A stretch of DNA of 64,000 bases from Rickettsiales bacterium (GCA_021299465.1 JAJTHB010000018.1:23990-87989), one strand, 5' to 3'. Positions 49,917 through 59,570 are shown, counted from the first letter of the stretch. A program made the numbers and translations. Notes: generated from the sequence alone by a model not told the origin.

Positions 49917-52900
49917 ATGGCTAACTCAATTAATACCAACATTGCGGCTTATTTCGCGCAAGCGAACATTGGCCGCGCAGCGGATTTCGCGACGGCATCT
50001 GTGTCGCGCTTATCCAGCGGTAACCGCATTGTAAAAGCATCTGACGACGTAGCGGCCCTTTCGATTGGTACCGCACTTCGTACCGGTGTATCCGCTCTGC
50101 GTACTGCTCTTATTAACGCGTCGCAAGGTTCCAGCTTGCTACAGGTCGCTGACGGCGCTCTGTCGCAGGTAACCGAGATTCTGCAACGTCAACGCGCCAT
50201 TGCCTTCACGGCAGGTTCGGGCACGCTGCAAGATTCTGACCGCGTATTCCTTAACCAAGAATTCCAAGCTCTGACTGCTGAGGTTGACCGCCTTACCGGC
50301 TCTACCAACTTCAACGGCGTGCGTCTGCTCAACGGTGCATTGTCCACCGCTGCTGGCGTAAGCTCGGTAAGTACTGCGGCAAACGGTGGTTCGCAAACCA
50401 TCACCATCAACGCTCAGTTCACAGCTGGCCAGACCATTTCTATCGGTGGTGTGACGCTCGTTGCAGTTCCAGCTGATGGTTCGCAGGTTCTCACGGGCAC
50501 CGATAACTCGGTGGCGAGCTTCCGCATTGGTTCTAACATCAACCAGACTGTTACCAACATTGTCAATAAACTGCGTGAACTGCAAAGCAACAATACCATT
50601 GCTGCCGGCCGCACGACCTCGTTTGCTGAGGCGCTCGGTCAGGCTAACTTTGAAGTTAGCGCAAACGGCACCGGTAATGATATCGTTGTGACCACGCGTT
50701 CTGGCGGTTCGCTGGCTAATAACTTCACCTCCAGCACCACCGGCGTATCGGCAAGCCTAACCGGCACCAACAACGCCCGCTTCACCAGCACCGCTTCTAA
50801 CGGCACATTGTCCATCGACCTTGCTAATTCCGGCCTGGTTGTTGGTCAGTATGTTTACCTCAATGCCATGGGCACAATCGGTGGTCAGGCTGTCACGGCT
50901 GGTCGCTATCAGGTGAACGGCGTTACGTCGAGTGGCTTTACCGTTGCCACGGCGTTAACCGCAACTGATACGAACAACGTCTCGCTTGCTACCAACGCTT
51001 CTGTCGTTTCGGATTCGGCGATTAATAGCTTCCCGGATGGCAGGATCAGCGGTGGCTTCTCGAGCTTCAGCTTTAACCTGTTTGCCAACCTTGGTTCAAC
51101 CGCAGGTACGCCAACCGCTTCAGTTACAGCGGCTAACTCCGGCGCAGCTGCAGCTGGTACCACACCATTTGTTGCTGGTAATATTATCACCGCAACAGTG
51201 GGCAACACCACGGTGAACCTCTACACCCTGCAAAGTGGTGATTCGCTGCGTGGAATTGTGGATGGTATCAACGCTAATAGCGGCACCAGCGGATTTAAGG
51301 CGGCGCTCGTTTATGACGGCACCAACTATAATATCCGCCTGTCGACCAACACCAATCAGGGCGCAGTTCGCGTCAGCCTCGGTAACGACTTCGTTTCCGG
51401 TACGGCGGCTGGTTCGTACGGTCTGGCTGGTAACACCATCAACAGCTCGGCTGCTGCAACCACCACCATTGGCGCACTCAACGCTGCTTCGCGCAGTTCG
51501 GTGTTTGCAACCAATTATGTGGATCTGCTCGGCTCCGGCCTCAACGCCTCTGACGTTGGCGCTACGGTGATCTCCGCAGCTGTTGGTTCGACGACAGCTA
51601 CGGCGGCGTTCGCGGTAGGTGATAACATTTCCATCACCATCAACGGTTCGGTGCTCAACCTGGCAACGATTGCTGCGAGTGAAACCTTCAATACACTGGT
51701 TGCTAAAATCAATGCCAATTCGTCGCTGACTGGCGTGACCGCATTCGTAACCGGCTCTGCAGGTGCTTTCAACATCCGCCTCTTTACTTCAGCGGATGCT
51801 TCGGCAGTACCATCAGCAACGGCCAACCGCGATGTGATCTCGCTCAACACTGGTGCTAACCGTAACGCTACTGCTGCTGCTGCAGGCTCAACCGCTACGG
51901 TACGTGACAACTCCGGCACACTGACTTCGGCTGTTCGTAACAGCGCGTTTGGTCTGTCAGGTGGCGTGGATAATGGTCTCGGTGCGGGCTCCGTCTCTGT
52001 ACGTGGCACTACCGGTGACAACATCCTCACTTCGCTGTCACAAACCCGCGCTAACAGCTCGTTCATCTTTACGGCGAACGCTGTCGCTGCGGACACGATC
52101 ACGATTGGTGGTAAGGTGTTTACCTTCTCGACCAACTCGGCGAACCGTGGTGTTGATGAAGTGCTCATCGGCGCTTCGATCAGCGAAACCATCGATAACC
52201 TGATCTCGACCATTCAGCGTTACCTCAACGATGGCAATGCAACTGGCGCTCAAGCGTTTGAGCTCAACCAGATGGCGTTTGCCCGTTCGGGAACCAATAC
52301 CTTCACCGTCACTGGTAAAGGCCTTGGCAACATCAAGACGCTGACAGGTGCTGATTCGACACTCGCTCGTTCTAATACAACGAACGTGTCGCTCACCGTT
52401 GCAACGCTGAACAATGCTTCCAGCACGTTCGGTGTGGATACGACTGGTATCACGAATTCTGCCTTCCAGGGCCGTATTCAGGGATTCACTGCGACCTATA
52501 CTGGCGTAGCGGATACCGTGAACCTGTCGATCAAGATCGGTGATTTCACCTACACTGCTGCAAACGTCGACACAACCAACTCTTCGGACACTCGTATCCG
52601 CCTTTATTCGGATACGGTCGGTGGCCGCAGTGGTGGTTACTTCGACATCCAGCTTGATGCCGGTAACGTTTCTGGCTTCAATAACCAAGCAGGTGCGGAT
52701 GCGATTGCTAGCCGTTTGAACGTTGCGTTCACAACGCTTAGCTTCGACCAAAAACGCAACCTTGGCAGCTACAGTGGTACCGGTGGTATTTCGTCTAACG
52801 GCGTTATCATTGGCTCGCTCGTGGGTACCACAGTATCAGCGCAGTTTGCCGATTACTCGAATGTTCGCCTGTCGGATGTTCGTGTGGCCGCCCCGACTGG

Positions 52901-53531
52901 TAGCGCAACCGATGCAAGGATTACCCTCGTCATCAACGGTGTGAATTACAGCACCTCTGTTGGCCTTGGCACCAAGCTCGGCGCGAATCAGCCCTTCCGT
53001 CTGGTAAGCGAAGCGGACGTGAATCAATTTGTTGAGTTTACCACAGGTAACTCAGCGATTGATATCTCCAGCTCGGCTAATGCTGCTGCAGTCGAAAGCG
53101 CACTCAAAACCGCGTTTGGCGCGACCTCCGGCTCTGCCGCACTGTCGTTCCAGATCGGCTCGAGCGCAACCGACACGCTGGCAGTTAGTATTGGTGATGC
53201 TCGTACAGACTCGCTGTTTAACGGCGAAGAGCTGGACGTGCTAAGCCAGGCTAACGCATCACGTGCCGCTGCTGTGATCGACGCTGCGCTCACGAAGGTC
53301 ACCAGCATCCGTGCGGATGTGGGTGCGCTTCAATCCAGGTTTAACTTTGCATCTGCGAACATTCAGATCGCTGTGCAGAACCAGGATGCCGCGCAGTCAG
53401 CACTGCTCGATACTGATATCGCTTCTGAGTCCACCAGCTATGCCACCGCGCAGGTTAAACTGCAGGCTGGTATTTCGGTACTCGCTCAGGCTAACCAGCA
53501 GCTCCAGGCTCTCCTGAAGTTGATCGGTTAA
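49917..53531 (+). CDS. fliC: giant flagellin (1204 aa)
   Basis: N-terminus SVSRLSSGNRIVKASDDVAALSIGTALR...LQRQRAIAFTAGSGT...EVDRLTGSTNFNGVRLLNG. C-terminus SIRADVGALQSRFNFASANIQIAVQNQDAAQSALLDTDIASEST. The ~900-aa central insert is rich in T/S/N/G/A. Confidence 0.9.
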   Translation: MANSINTNIAAYFAQANIGRAADFATASVSRLSSGNRIVKASDDVAALSIGTALRTGVSALRTALINASQGSSLLQVADGALSQVTEILQRQRAIAFTAGSGTLQDSDRVFLNQEFQALTAEVDRLTGSTNFNGVRLLNGALSTAAGVSSVSTAANGGSQTITINAQFTAGQTISIGGVTLVAVPADGSQVLTGTDNSVASFRIGSNINQTVTNIVNKLRELQSNNTIAAGRTTSFAEALGQANFEVSANGTGNDIVVTTRSGGSLANNFTSSTTGVSASLTGTNNARFTSTASNGTLSIDLANSGLVVGQYVYLNAMGTIGGQAVTAGRYQVNGVTSSGFTVATALTATDTNNVSLATNASVVSDSAINSFPDGRISGGFSSFSFNLFANLGSTAGTPTASVTAANSGAAAAGTTPFVAGNIITATVGNTTVNLYTLQSGDSLRGIVDGINANSGTSGFKAALVYDGTNYNIRLSTNTNQGAVRVSLGNDFVSGTAAGSYGLAGNTINSSAAATTTIGALNAASRSSVFATNYVDLLGSGLNASDVGATVISAAVGSTTATAAFAVGDNISITINGSVLNLATIAASETFNTLVAKINANSSLTGVTAFVTGSAGAFNIRLFTSADASAVPSATANRDVISLNTGANRNATAAAAGSTATVRDNSGTLTSAVRNSAFGLSGGVDNGLGAGSVSVRGTTGDNILTSLSQTRANSSFIFTANAVAADTITIGGKVFTFSTNSANRGVDEVLIGASISETIDNLISTIQRYLNDGNATGAQAFELNQMAFARSGTNTFTVTGKGLGNIKTLTGADSTLARSNTTNVSLTVATLNNASSTFGVDTTGITNSAFQGRIQGFTATYTGVADTVNLSIKIGDFTYTAANVDTTNSSDTRIRLYSDTVGGRSGGYFDIQLDAGNVSGFNNQAGADAIASRLNVAFTTLSFDQKRNLGSYSGTGGISSNGVIIGSLVGTTVSAQFADYSNVRLSDVRVAAPTGSATDARITLVINGVNYSTSVGLGTKLGANQPFRLVSEADVNQFVEFTTGNSAIDISSSANAAAVESALKTAFGATSGSAALSFQIGSSATDTLAVSIGDARTDSLFNGEELDVLSQANASRAAAVIDAALTKVTSIRADVGALQSRFNFASANIQIAVQNQDAAQSALLDTDIASESTSYATAQVKLQAGISVLAQANQQLQALLKLIG

Positions 53532-53597
53532 TCGGAGACTCTATGGGAATGGCCGGGGTGGTAACCCTGCTCCGGCCAAACCTGTAAGGAGGATGAT

Positions 53598-53963
53598 ATG
53601 GATGCATTAGGATCAACTAAACCAGTAGTGGCGGCACCAAGCTCCGTTAAGGCTTCTGCGGTACTTCCGGCTCCTGTCCAAAGCGAAGCTTCGGCTCCAG
53701 TAAGTAAGGATCTGGAGTCAGTAAGGTTCGATGCCAAGGTCGTCGATGCCAGACGTCAAGAGGTGCTCATAAATGCGGCAAGAAACGCACCGCAACCACT
53801 TGGTAGTCAGGTCTTTACTATGTTCAAGGACTCGACTGGCCAGATGGTGACGCGGTTTCGCGATACGAATAGTGGCAGGGTAACTTATATACCAGAGCCT
53901 CAACTATTGCGTTTAGCGGCGAATACTGCTGGCAGTGAGTCGCTACTGAATATTAAAGTGTAG
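53598..53963 (+). CDS. flaG: FlaG family flagellar protein
   Basis: A 121-aa protein after fliC. MFKDSTGQMVTRFRDTNSGRVTYIPEPQLL fits the FlaG C-terminal pattern, and the RBS is AAGGAGG. Confidence 0.6.
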   Translation: MDALGSTKPVVAAPSSVKASAVLPAPVQSEASAPVSKDLESVRFDAKVVDARRQEVLINAARNAPQPLGSQVFTMFKDSTGQMVTRFRDTNSGRVTYIPEPQLLRLAANTAGSESLLNIKV

Positions 53964-54096
53964 CACGAAAGAACGTGCGCTAGGCATGAAAATTGCCTAG
54001 ACTATTGTGAATAAAGACTTGGGGTCACGCGCTGCCTGTTCAGGTGTGGTCAGCGCGCCTTCTTTGTCTTTAAAAAACGATAGATGGAGATGAACA

Positions 54097-56223
54097 ATGG
54101 TCACCCAGATCCAGTTAGGAAACTTCTTTAATTCCGGCGGCAGAACCGTAGTTGGCGGTGCAGGTGGATCGGGCCTTGACACACAATCCATTATTAAATC
54201 ACTCACCGAAGCCAAGCGAATTCCAGCTACCAACATCGAAGATCGTATCGAGCTCAACAAAAAGCGTACCGCGGCGCTGACGGAATATCGTACGTTACTT
54301 GCAAAATTTAAAGATGCTCTCAATTTCCTGCGTAATCCGCCAGGTGTTGCCAACGCATCAGACAACGTCTTTCGTTATGTAAATACTTCGGTAACCTCCA
54401 ACACTTCAGTTGCCGGCACAACCTACCTGAGCGCTACAGTTGCGCCAGGCGCAAATATACAAAATTATTCTGTGACGGATATCACGTCCGTTGCCAAGGC
54501 GCGCAAGCAGACAAGCGCCAATTTTAGTATTGCGACTGCAGACACGTCCGTGGTGTCAGACAGCCCGACTGGCGTGCAATTCAAGGCCGGTACTTTTACC
54601 TTCAAAGGCAAAACCATCACGCTAGCGGCAGGCGATAGCCTCAATACTGTGGCTACCAAGTTTAATGCTGTATCCTCCGATACAAAGATGAATGCCAGTG
54701 TTGTCAGGGTGGGCGATGGCAGTTATCAATTGCTTTTCACGGCCAACAGCACCGGTACGGCTGTTGATTTTGATTTTAATGATGGCGGTACGACCCTTGA
54801 CGATCCCGATGATGTATTTGATCTGGTGACCATTAACAACCAGCAGGCGGCCTCTAATGCTGTATTCAAATTTAACGGCACTGAAATCACCCGCCAGTCC
54901 AACACAATCACTGATTTGGTATCAGGGCTTAGCTTAAATATTATATCAACAACGCCTCCCGAACCGGATCCCACCGAGATCAACATCAATATCAGTTCCG
55001 ACAGCCAGGTGGCGAAGGGCGGTATTATTAACTTCATCAATGCGTACAACGATTTGAAGATTTTTGCTGCTAAGCAGAGCGAAGTCAATCCCGATGGCAC
55101 GTTTGCCGAGACCGCTGTACTAAGTAACAGCGCGGTGATGCGTAGCAGTTTGAGTAATGTTGCCTCTCAGCTTTCCAGCATTATTGGTGGTTTAGGTAAT
55201 GGTTTTAACCGACTTGCTGATATCGGGATTGTTTCGGCGGATTTACCGGAGAGCGAAGATAATCCACTGGTACGCAATATTCTTAATATCGATGATGCAA
55301 AGCTTACTTCCGCCATTTCGAGAAACTTTGATCAGGTCCGTAGATTGTTTGAGTTTGATTTTATTAGTAACAACCAGAACCTGCGCGTTTTCTCACGCAC
55401 CAACGCACTCACTGCCAACGCATTCACGCTTGAAGTGAACCCCTATGCTACGCAGCAAACCAAAATCTATGAAATTGTGGATGCGGACACGGCTGTTGTC
55501 TCGGCAACACCCGATACCAACCAGATCAAAGCTGGCTCGGTCGTGATTAATGGTATTGCGATTGATCTTGTGGCGGGCGATTCGCTTAATCAGATCCGCG
55601 ATAAATTTAATGCGGTCACCGCCAGTACGGGCGTGACGGCGGAAGTTGTGGAAACTGCCCCAAATAAATTCCGTCTGAAATTTACCAGCGCCATCAACGG
55701 TGTGAATACCAATCTGCTGTCATCCAGCGTTAATCCTAACGGTGTCTTCACCGATGCCGGCATCACCGCAACACCAAACTACAAAGCAACATTTGCGGGC
55801 TCTGGCGGGCCGGTGACGGTGAATCTGATCGGATCATTCGTACAAAGTAGTAGTGGTACGCCCAGCGGTATTCGTCTGGAGGGCCCTAAAGGCTCTGCGT
55901 TTGAAGGTCTTGTCCTTGTTTATGCAGGTACGACGTCTTCTAACATTGCCGTAACCGCTACGCAGGGTGTCGCTGACCGTATCTATAACATTACGGATGA
56001 AGTGCTGAAAGATGATGTTGGCGCGCTTGAGGTTGAGATTGATAATATCAAAACCGCCGATGAAAAATTAGAGCAAGATATCAAGCGCATTGATGAGCAG
56101 GTGGAACGCCTTCGTCAAGAGCTGGTTGCTAAGTTTAGTGCGCTTGAACAAGCGATTTCCAGAGTCAATACGTTGCTGCAAAGTATTGATGCCAACCAAC
56201 AGGCTCTCTTCAACAGCAACTAA
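54097..56223 (+). CDS. fliD: flagellar filament capping protein FliD (708 aa, internal duplication)
   Basis: N-terminus GLDTQSIIKSLTEAKRIPATNIEDRIELNKKRTAALTEY. The C-terminal coiled coil ends KFSALEQAISRVNTLLQSI. Confidence 0.85.
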   Translation: MVTQIQLGNFFNSGGRTVVGGAGGSGLDTQSIIKSLTEAKRIPATNIEDRIELNKKRTAALTEYRTLLAKFKDALNFLRNPPGVANASDNVFRYVNTSVTSNTSVAGTTYLSATVAPGANIQNYSVTDITSVAKARKQTSANFSIATADTSVVSDSPTGVQFKAGTFTFKGKTITLAAGDSLNTVATKFNAVSSDTKMNASVVRVGDGSYQLLFTANSTGTAVDFDFNDGGTTLDDPDDVFDLVTINNQQAASNAVFKFNGTEITRQSNTITDLVSGLSLNIISTTPPEPDPTEININISSDSQVAKGGIINFINAYNDLKIFAAKQSEVNPDGTFAETAVLSNSAVMRSSLSNVASQLSSIIGGLGNGFNRLADIGIVSADLPESEDNPLVRNILNIDDAKLTSAISRNFDQVRRLFEFDFISNNQNLRVFSRTNALTANAFTLEVNPYATQQTKIYEIVDADTAVVSATPDTNQIKAGSVVINGIAIDLVAGDSLNQIRDKFNAVTASTGVTAEVVETAPNKFRLKFTSAINGVNTNLLSSSVNPNGVFTDAGITATPNYKATFAGSGGPVTVNLIGSFVQSSSGTPSGIRLEGPKGSAFEGLVLVYAGTTSSNIAVTATQGVADRIYNITDEVLKDDVGALEVEIDNIKTADEKLEQDIKRIDEQVERLRQELVAKFSALEQAISRVNTLLQSIDANQQALFNSN

Positions 56224-56229
56224 GCGCTT

Positions 56230-56709
56230 ATGACAAGTAGACAAAAATATCAGGCTTATGCTTCGGCGACCCAGACGGTAGCCAAAACCAAGCAGATTGT
56301 GCTACTTTACGATGCTGTGATTCGCTACTTGCAGCAGGTCAAGGAAGCCATTAGCGAAAAACGTATTGAGGATCGTTACAACCTGCTGATCAAAGCCAGT
56401 GAGATTATTTTTGGTTTGCAGTCGTGCCTTGATTTTGAAAACGGTAAAGACATCGCGCGCATCCTTTATAATTTTTACTCCTCTATCGACAGCCGTGTTT
56501 TTTCGATTCACCGCAGCGCAAGCCTTCAGATGTGTGATGAGGTGATTGCAGAATTGAAGCAAATGCGCGATGTCTGGCATGAAATTGACCAGGGTGGGGA
56601 TGCTGGCGGCGATACGCCTGCGGCCATCACGCCTCCTTCTGAGGCTGCCGCGTCTGATGTGGCAACAATTGCCCCGACACCTGATAAACCGGTCAGCCTT
56701 TCCGCATAA
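56230..56709 (+). CDS. fliS: flagellin export chaperone FliS
   Basis: QIVLLYDAVIRYLQQVKEAI...KASEIIFGLQSCLDFENGKDIARILYNFY is the FliS four-helix pattern. Confidence 0.85.
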   Translation: MTSRQKYQAYASATQTVAKTKQIVLLYDAVIRYLQQVKEAISEKRIEDRYNLLIKASEIIFGLQSCLDFENGKDIARILYNFYSSIDSRVFSIHRSASLQMCDEVIAELKQMRDVWHEIDQGGDAGGDTPAAITPPSEAAASDVATIAPTPDKPVSLSA

Positions 56710-56726
56710 AAAACAGCCTGTTGCTT

Positions 56727-56742
56727 TGGCACGCCAATTGCA
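56727..56742 (+). promoter_or_regulatory. sigma54 promoter for fliK-flgD-flgE
   Basis: TGGCAC-GCCAA-TTGCA is a perfect match to TGGCAC-N5-TTGCW. It ends 54 nt upstream of the fliK ATG. Confidence 0.75.
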
Positions 56743-56795
56743 ACGATTACCGCTGAAAATAGGGATATGTGATCCCTTGCGTAAGAGGTGGTGGT

Positions 56796-58634
56796 ATGGC
56801 GACATTATCAGTTTCATTACTAAAATTGGTTGGGCAGGCCGATGCTCCTTCTTCCAATGGCAAACAAAAAACAAAAGATGGATTTGACCTGCTGCTGGAC
56901 GTGAATCAGCGTGAGATGGAATTCGGTAAGGAAAAAAACAAGCAACAAGATCCTGTGGCTGGTCTAGCTATCCAGCCGGTATTTTTTTCGCCAGATACTA
57001 CAACGAAGATTGAACCCGCATTTGCTAAGCCGGACAATAGGGTTCGTGATGCTGTAAATACTGATCAGGATTCAGCAGCAGAGAGTAGGGACTTACCACG
57101 TGATGCCCTTACATCTGCAGGGCAGCGCCCGCGCGAGGAGAATATAGCTAGGGATCGCAATGTTTCTGATGGTGCGGCTGAAGTTGATCGGCCAGAACCT
57201 GCCCAGACAACTAAGAATATTGATGGCGAGGCGGTACAAACGGACACTAACGCTGATTCTGTTGCCGCTACTAACAATGCCGCCACAGCTTCAACTGATG
57301 ACGAATCAGCTGTGCAGCCTTCCGGCCTTGTCCGCGTGATGCAGTTGATCAGAGATTTTCAACAACAATTGGCGGATTTGCTTGGGCAGGGAAATCCGTC
57401 GGCTATTTTTGAATTGGTGCGCAATTTTCATACGCAGCTGCAGGCAATTTTACAAGGCGGCAATCCGGCGATTCTGCAGCCCCAGCTATCACCAACCGCT
57501 GCACCATCCAGTACTGCGGCGCTACCTCCGGTCGCAATTAGTTCCGCGATTAGTAGTGACTCGGCAACTACGATTCCAGAAATAAATCAGACGATACCAG
57601 TTCTTTCGCAGCCCGCTGTTACGATTCCAGAAATAAATCAGACGATACCAGTTCTTTCGCAGCCCGCTGTCACTGTGGTGCCGGCTGAGATTGCTTCTGG
57701 CTCGCCTGTTTTAACCCAAACGGCGGGCACAATCTTGCCAACGCAAACATTGCCCATGGCAACCAGTGACATATCTGCTGAGGCGCTTGTTAGCAAAACG
57801 ATGGATGATATTCGTCAGCTACCGAACCTGCCATCGGAAACTGATCAAGCCATCGCCGATGATCTGCTTCAGCGATTGGATAGCATTAAATCGCTCATAC
57901 AGGTGGCGCAGGCCAATAACGATACATTGCTCACTAAATCACCGACACTAAGTGCTTATGTGGCGCCAGTAATATCCGGCAATGAATCCCAGCCATCGTT
58001 CTCTCCGGCCAATCCTCTTAATTTACAGACAGCAACATCAGCGGTTGTCGCGGCTACATCTTCTAATGCCTCACTAGCCGATCAGGGCGACAGCCAGGGA
58101 GATTCTCGTCAGCAATCAGCACCGTCGCTTCCTGCTTCATCTGCAGGCGCTACTTCCAGCGATGCAAGTGCAAGAATTAACGGCGCATCCTTCTCGCGCC
58201 TGCTGAATCAGGAGCCGGCAAGGCCCGTACTTGATCAAGTTGCATTTCAAATCAAAACAGCGCTGAAAGATGGCAGCAGTCAGATCACCATTCAGCTTGA
58301 TCCGGTGGAGCTGGGAAAGCTCGACATTAAACTACAGGTGGCAAGCGATGGCCGTACGCAGGTGGTGGTCACTGCAGACAATAAAGATACGCTTACCATG
58401 CTGCAAAAGGATTCGGCGGGTCTTGAACGCGCCCTTTCTGACGCTGGCCTGAAAGCCGATAGCGGCAGTCTCAGTTTTAATCTTCGTCAGGGCCAGCAAG
58501 AGCGTGATCCTGAATATGCCCAGGCCAGCGGATCCTACAACAAAACCATGCCTGAAGAAGAGATTCCACCAGCCAGCGTGATTGCGCGCAGCTATGTGGT
58601 GAATCTCGCCGAAGGACTCGACATTAAAATTTAA
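56796..58634 (+). CDS. fliK: flagellar hook-length control protein FliK
   Basis: C-terminal Flg_hook domain QITIQLDPVELGKLDIKLQVASDGRTQVVVTADNKDTLTMLQKDSAGLERALSDAGL. The ruler region is Pro/Ser/Ala/Thr/Gln-rich. The ATG follows GAGGTGG. Confidence 0.75.
   Translation: MATLSVSLLKLVGQADAPSSNGKQKTKDGFDLLLDVNQREMEFGKEKNKQQDPVAGLAIQPVFFSPDTTTKIEPAFAKPDNRVRDAVNTDQDSAAESRDLPRDALTSAGQRPREENIARDRNVSDGAAEVDRPEPAQTTKNIDGEAVQTDTNADSVAATNNAATASTDDESAVQPSGLVRVMQLIRDFQQQLADLLGQGNPSAIFELVRNFHTQLQAILQGGNPAILQPQLSPTAAPSSTAALPPVAISSAISSDSATTIPEINQTIPVLSQPAVTIPEINQTIPVLSQPAVTVVPAEIASGSPVLTQTAGTILPTQTLPMATSDISAEALVSKTMDDIRQLPNLPSETDQAIADDLLQRLDSIKSLIQVAQANNDTLLTKSPTLSAYVAPVISGNESQPSFSPANPLNLQTATSAVVAATSSNASLADQGDSQGDSRQQSAPSLPASSAGATSSDASARINGASFSRLLNQEPARPVLDQVAFQIKTALKDGSSQITIQLDPVELGKLDIKLQVASDGRTQVVVTADNKDTLTMLQKDSAGLERALSDAGLKADSGSLSFNLRQGQQERDPEYAQASGSYNKTMPEEEIPPASVIARSYVVNLAEGLDIKI
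57570..57671 (+). repeat. 51-bp perfect tandem duplication inside fliK
   Basis: 57570-57620 and 57621-57671 are identical except for the last base. They encode TIPEINQTIPVLSQPAV twice. Confidence 0.95.
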
Positions 58635-58646
58635 CCAGGAGCATCT

Positions 58647-59570
58647 ATGCTGAATTCAAACGCAATATCACAGGCAGTCGGCGGTGGTCAGAGCAGGACA
58701 TCGCTGGGAAAAATTGATCAGAACTATCAGGACTTCCTGACACTCCTTACCACGCAGCTTAAAAATCAGGATCCTTCAGATCCTACTGATACTAACCAGC
58801 TCACGCAGCAGATCGCGACACTTTCGCAGGTTGAGCAACAGCTAAAAACCAACGAAAATCTTGAGAGGCTGGTGGGGATGTATAGCGCCACGCAGTATAA
58901 CAGCGTGGTGTCTTATATCGGCAAAAAGATTGAGGCTGAAGGCGATATTGGCGCACTCAAAAACGGCAAAGCAAATTTTGCCTACAATCTCGCCGGCTCT
59001 TCAAGCGAAGTGAAAATCACTATTCGTGATCAGCAAGGCAATCTTGTGCGCACCGATACGATGACCGGCACCAAACCATCCGGTGACCATAGCTATGTGT
59101 GGGATGGGAAAGATAATCAGGGCAATATTGCAGCCGAAGGTCGATACGTGATGACGGTGGAAGCGAAAAACGGGAACTCGACCGTTGCGGCAACGGGTGG
59201 CAACGCTGATCTAAGACATGCAAAACCTGAGTTTGTTTATTACCTCGCACAGGATGCGGCGTCGCTGACCGTAACGATCAAAGATAAAAATGGCGGAGTG
59301 ATTCGGCGCGATACGACGGGTGGCACAAAAATTGCTGGTCGTCATGAATATCAATGGGACGGAAAAGATAATAACGGAAACGCTATGCCAGAAGGTGAAT
59401 ATAAAATCGAAATTGCGGCTAAAGATTCGGCCGGAAAGGACATTGTCGCCAAGACATTTATGACCGGTATCGTCACCTCGATTGATAGTGTCAACGGTTC
59501 AGCGTTTCTTTCTATCGGTGATATTGCAATTCCACTGGAGCGGGTGACGTCCATCCGCACGGCAAGCTAA
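58647..59570 (+). CDS. flgD: flagellar hook capping/assembly protein FlgD with duplicated Ig-like module
   Basis: N-terminus QDFLTLLTTQLKNQDPSDPTDTNQLTQQIATLSQVEQ. There are two copies of a (V/T)TI(R/K)D..G..(V/I)R.DT..GTK..G.H.Y.WDGKDN.GN...EG.Y module. Confidence 0.85.
   Translation: MLNSNAISQAVGGGQSRTSLGKIDQNYQDFLTLLTTQLKNQDPSDPTDTNQLTQQIATLSQVEQQLKTNENLERLVGMYSATQYNSVVSYIGKKIEAEGDIGALKNGKANFAYNLAGSSSEVKITIRDQQGNLVRTDTMTGTKPSGDHSYVWDGKDNQGNIAAEGRYVMTVEAKNGNSTVAATGGNADLRHAKPEFVYYLAQDAASLTVTIKDKNGGVIRRDTTGGTKIAGRHEYQWDGKDNNGNAMPEGEYKIEIAAKDSAGKDIVAKTFMTGIVTSIDSVNGSAFLSIGDIAIPLERVTSIRTAS

Noticed and set aside
51515-52751. Two ORFs of about 235 aa on the minus strand inside the flagellin gene
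   Set aside because: They are antisense to fliC. The long open antisense frames follow from the biased T/S/A/G/N codon usage of the flagellin insert.
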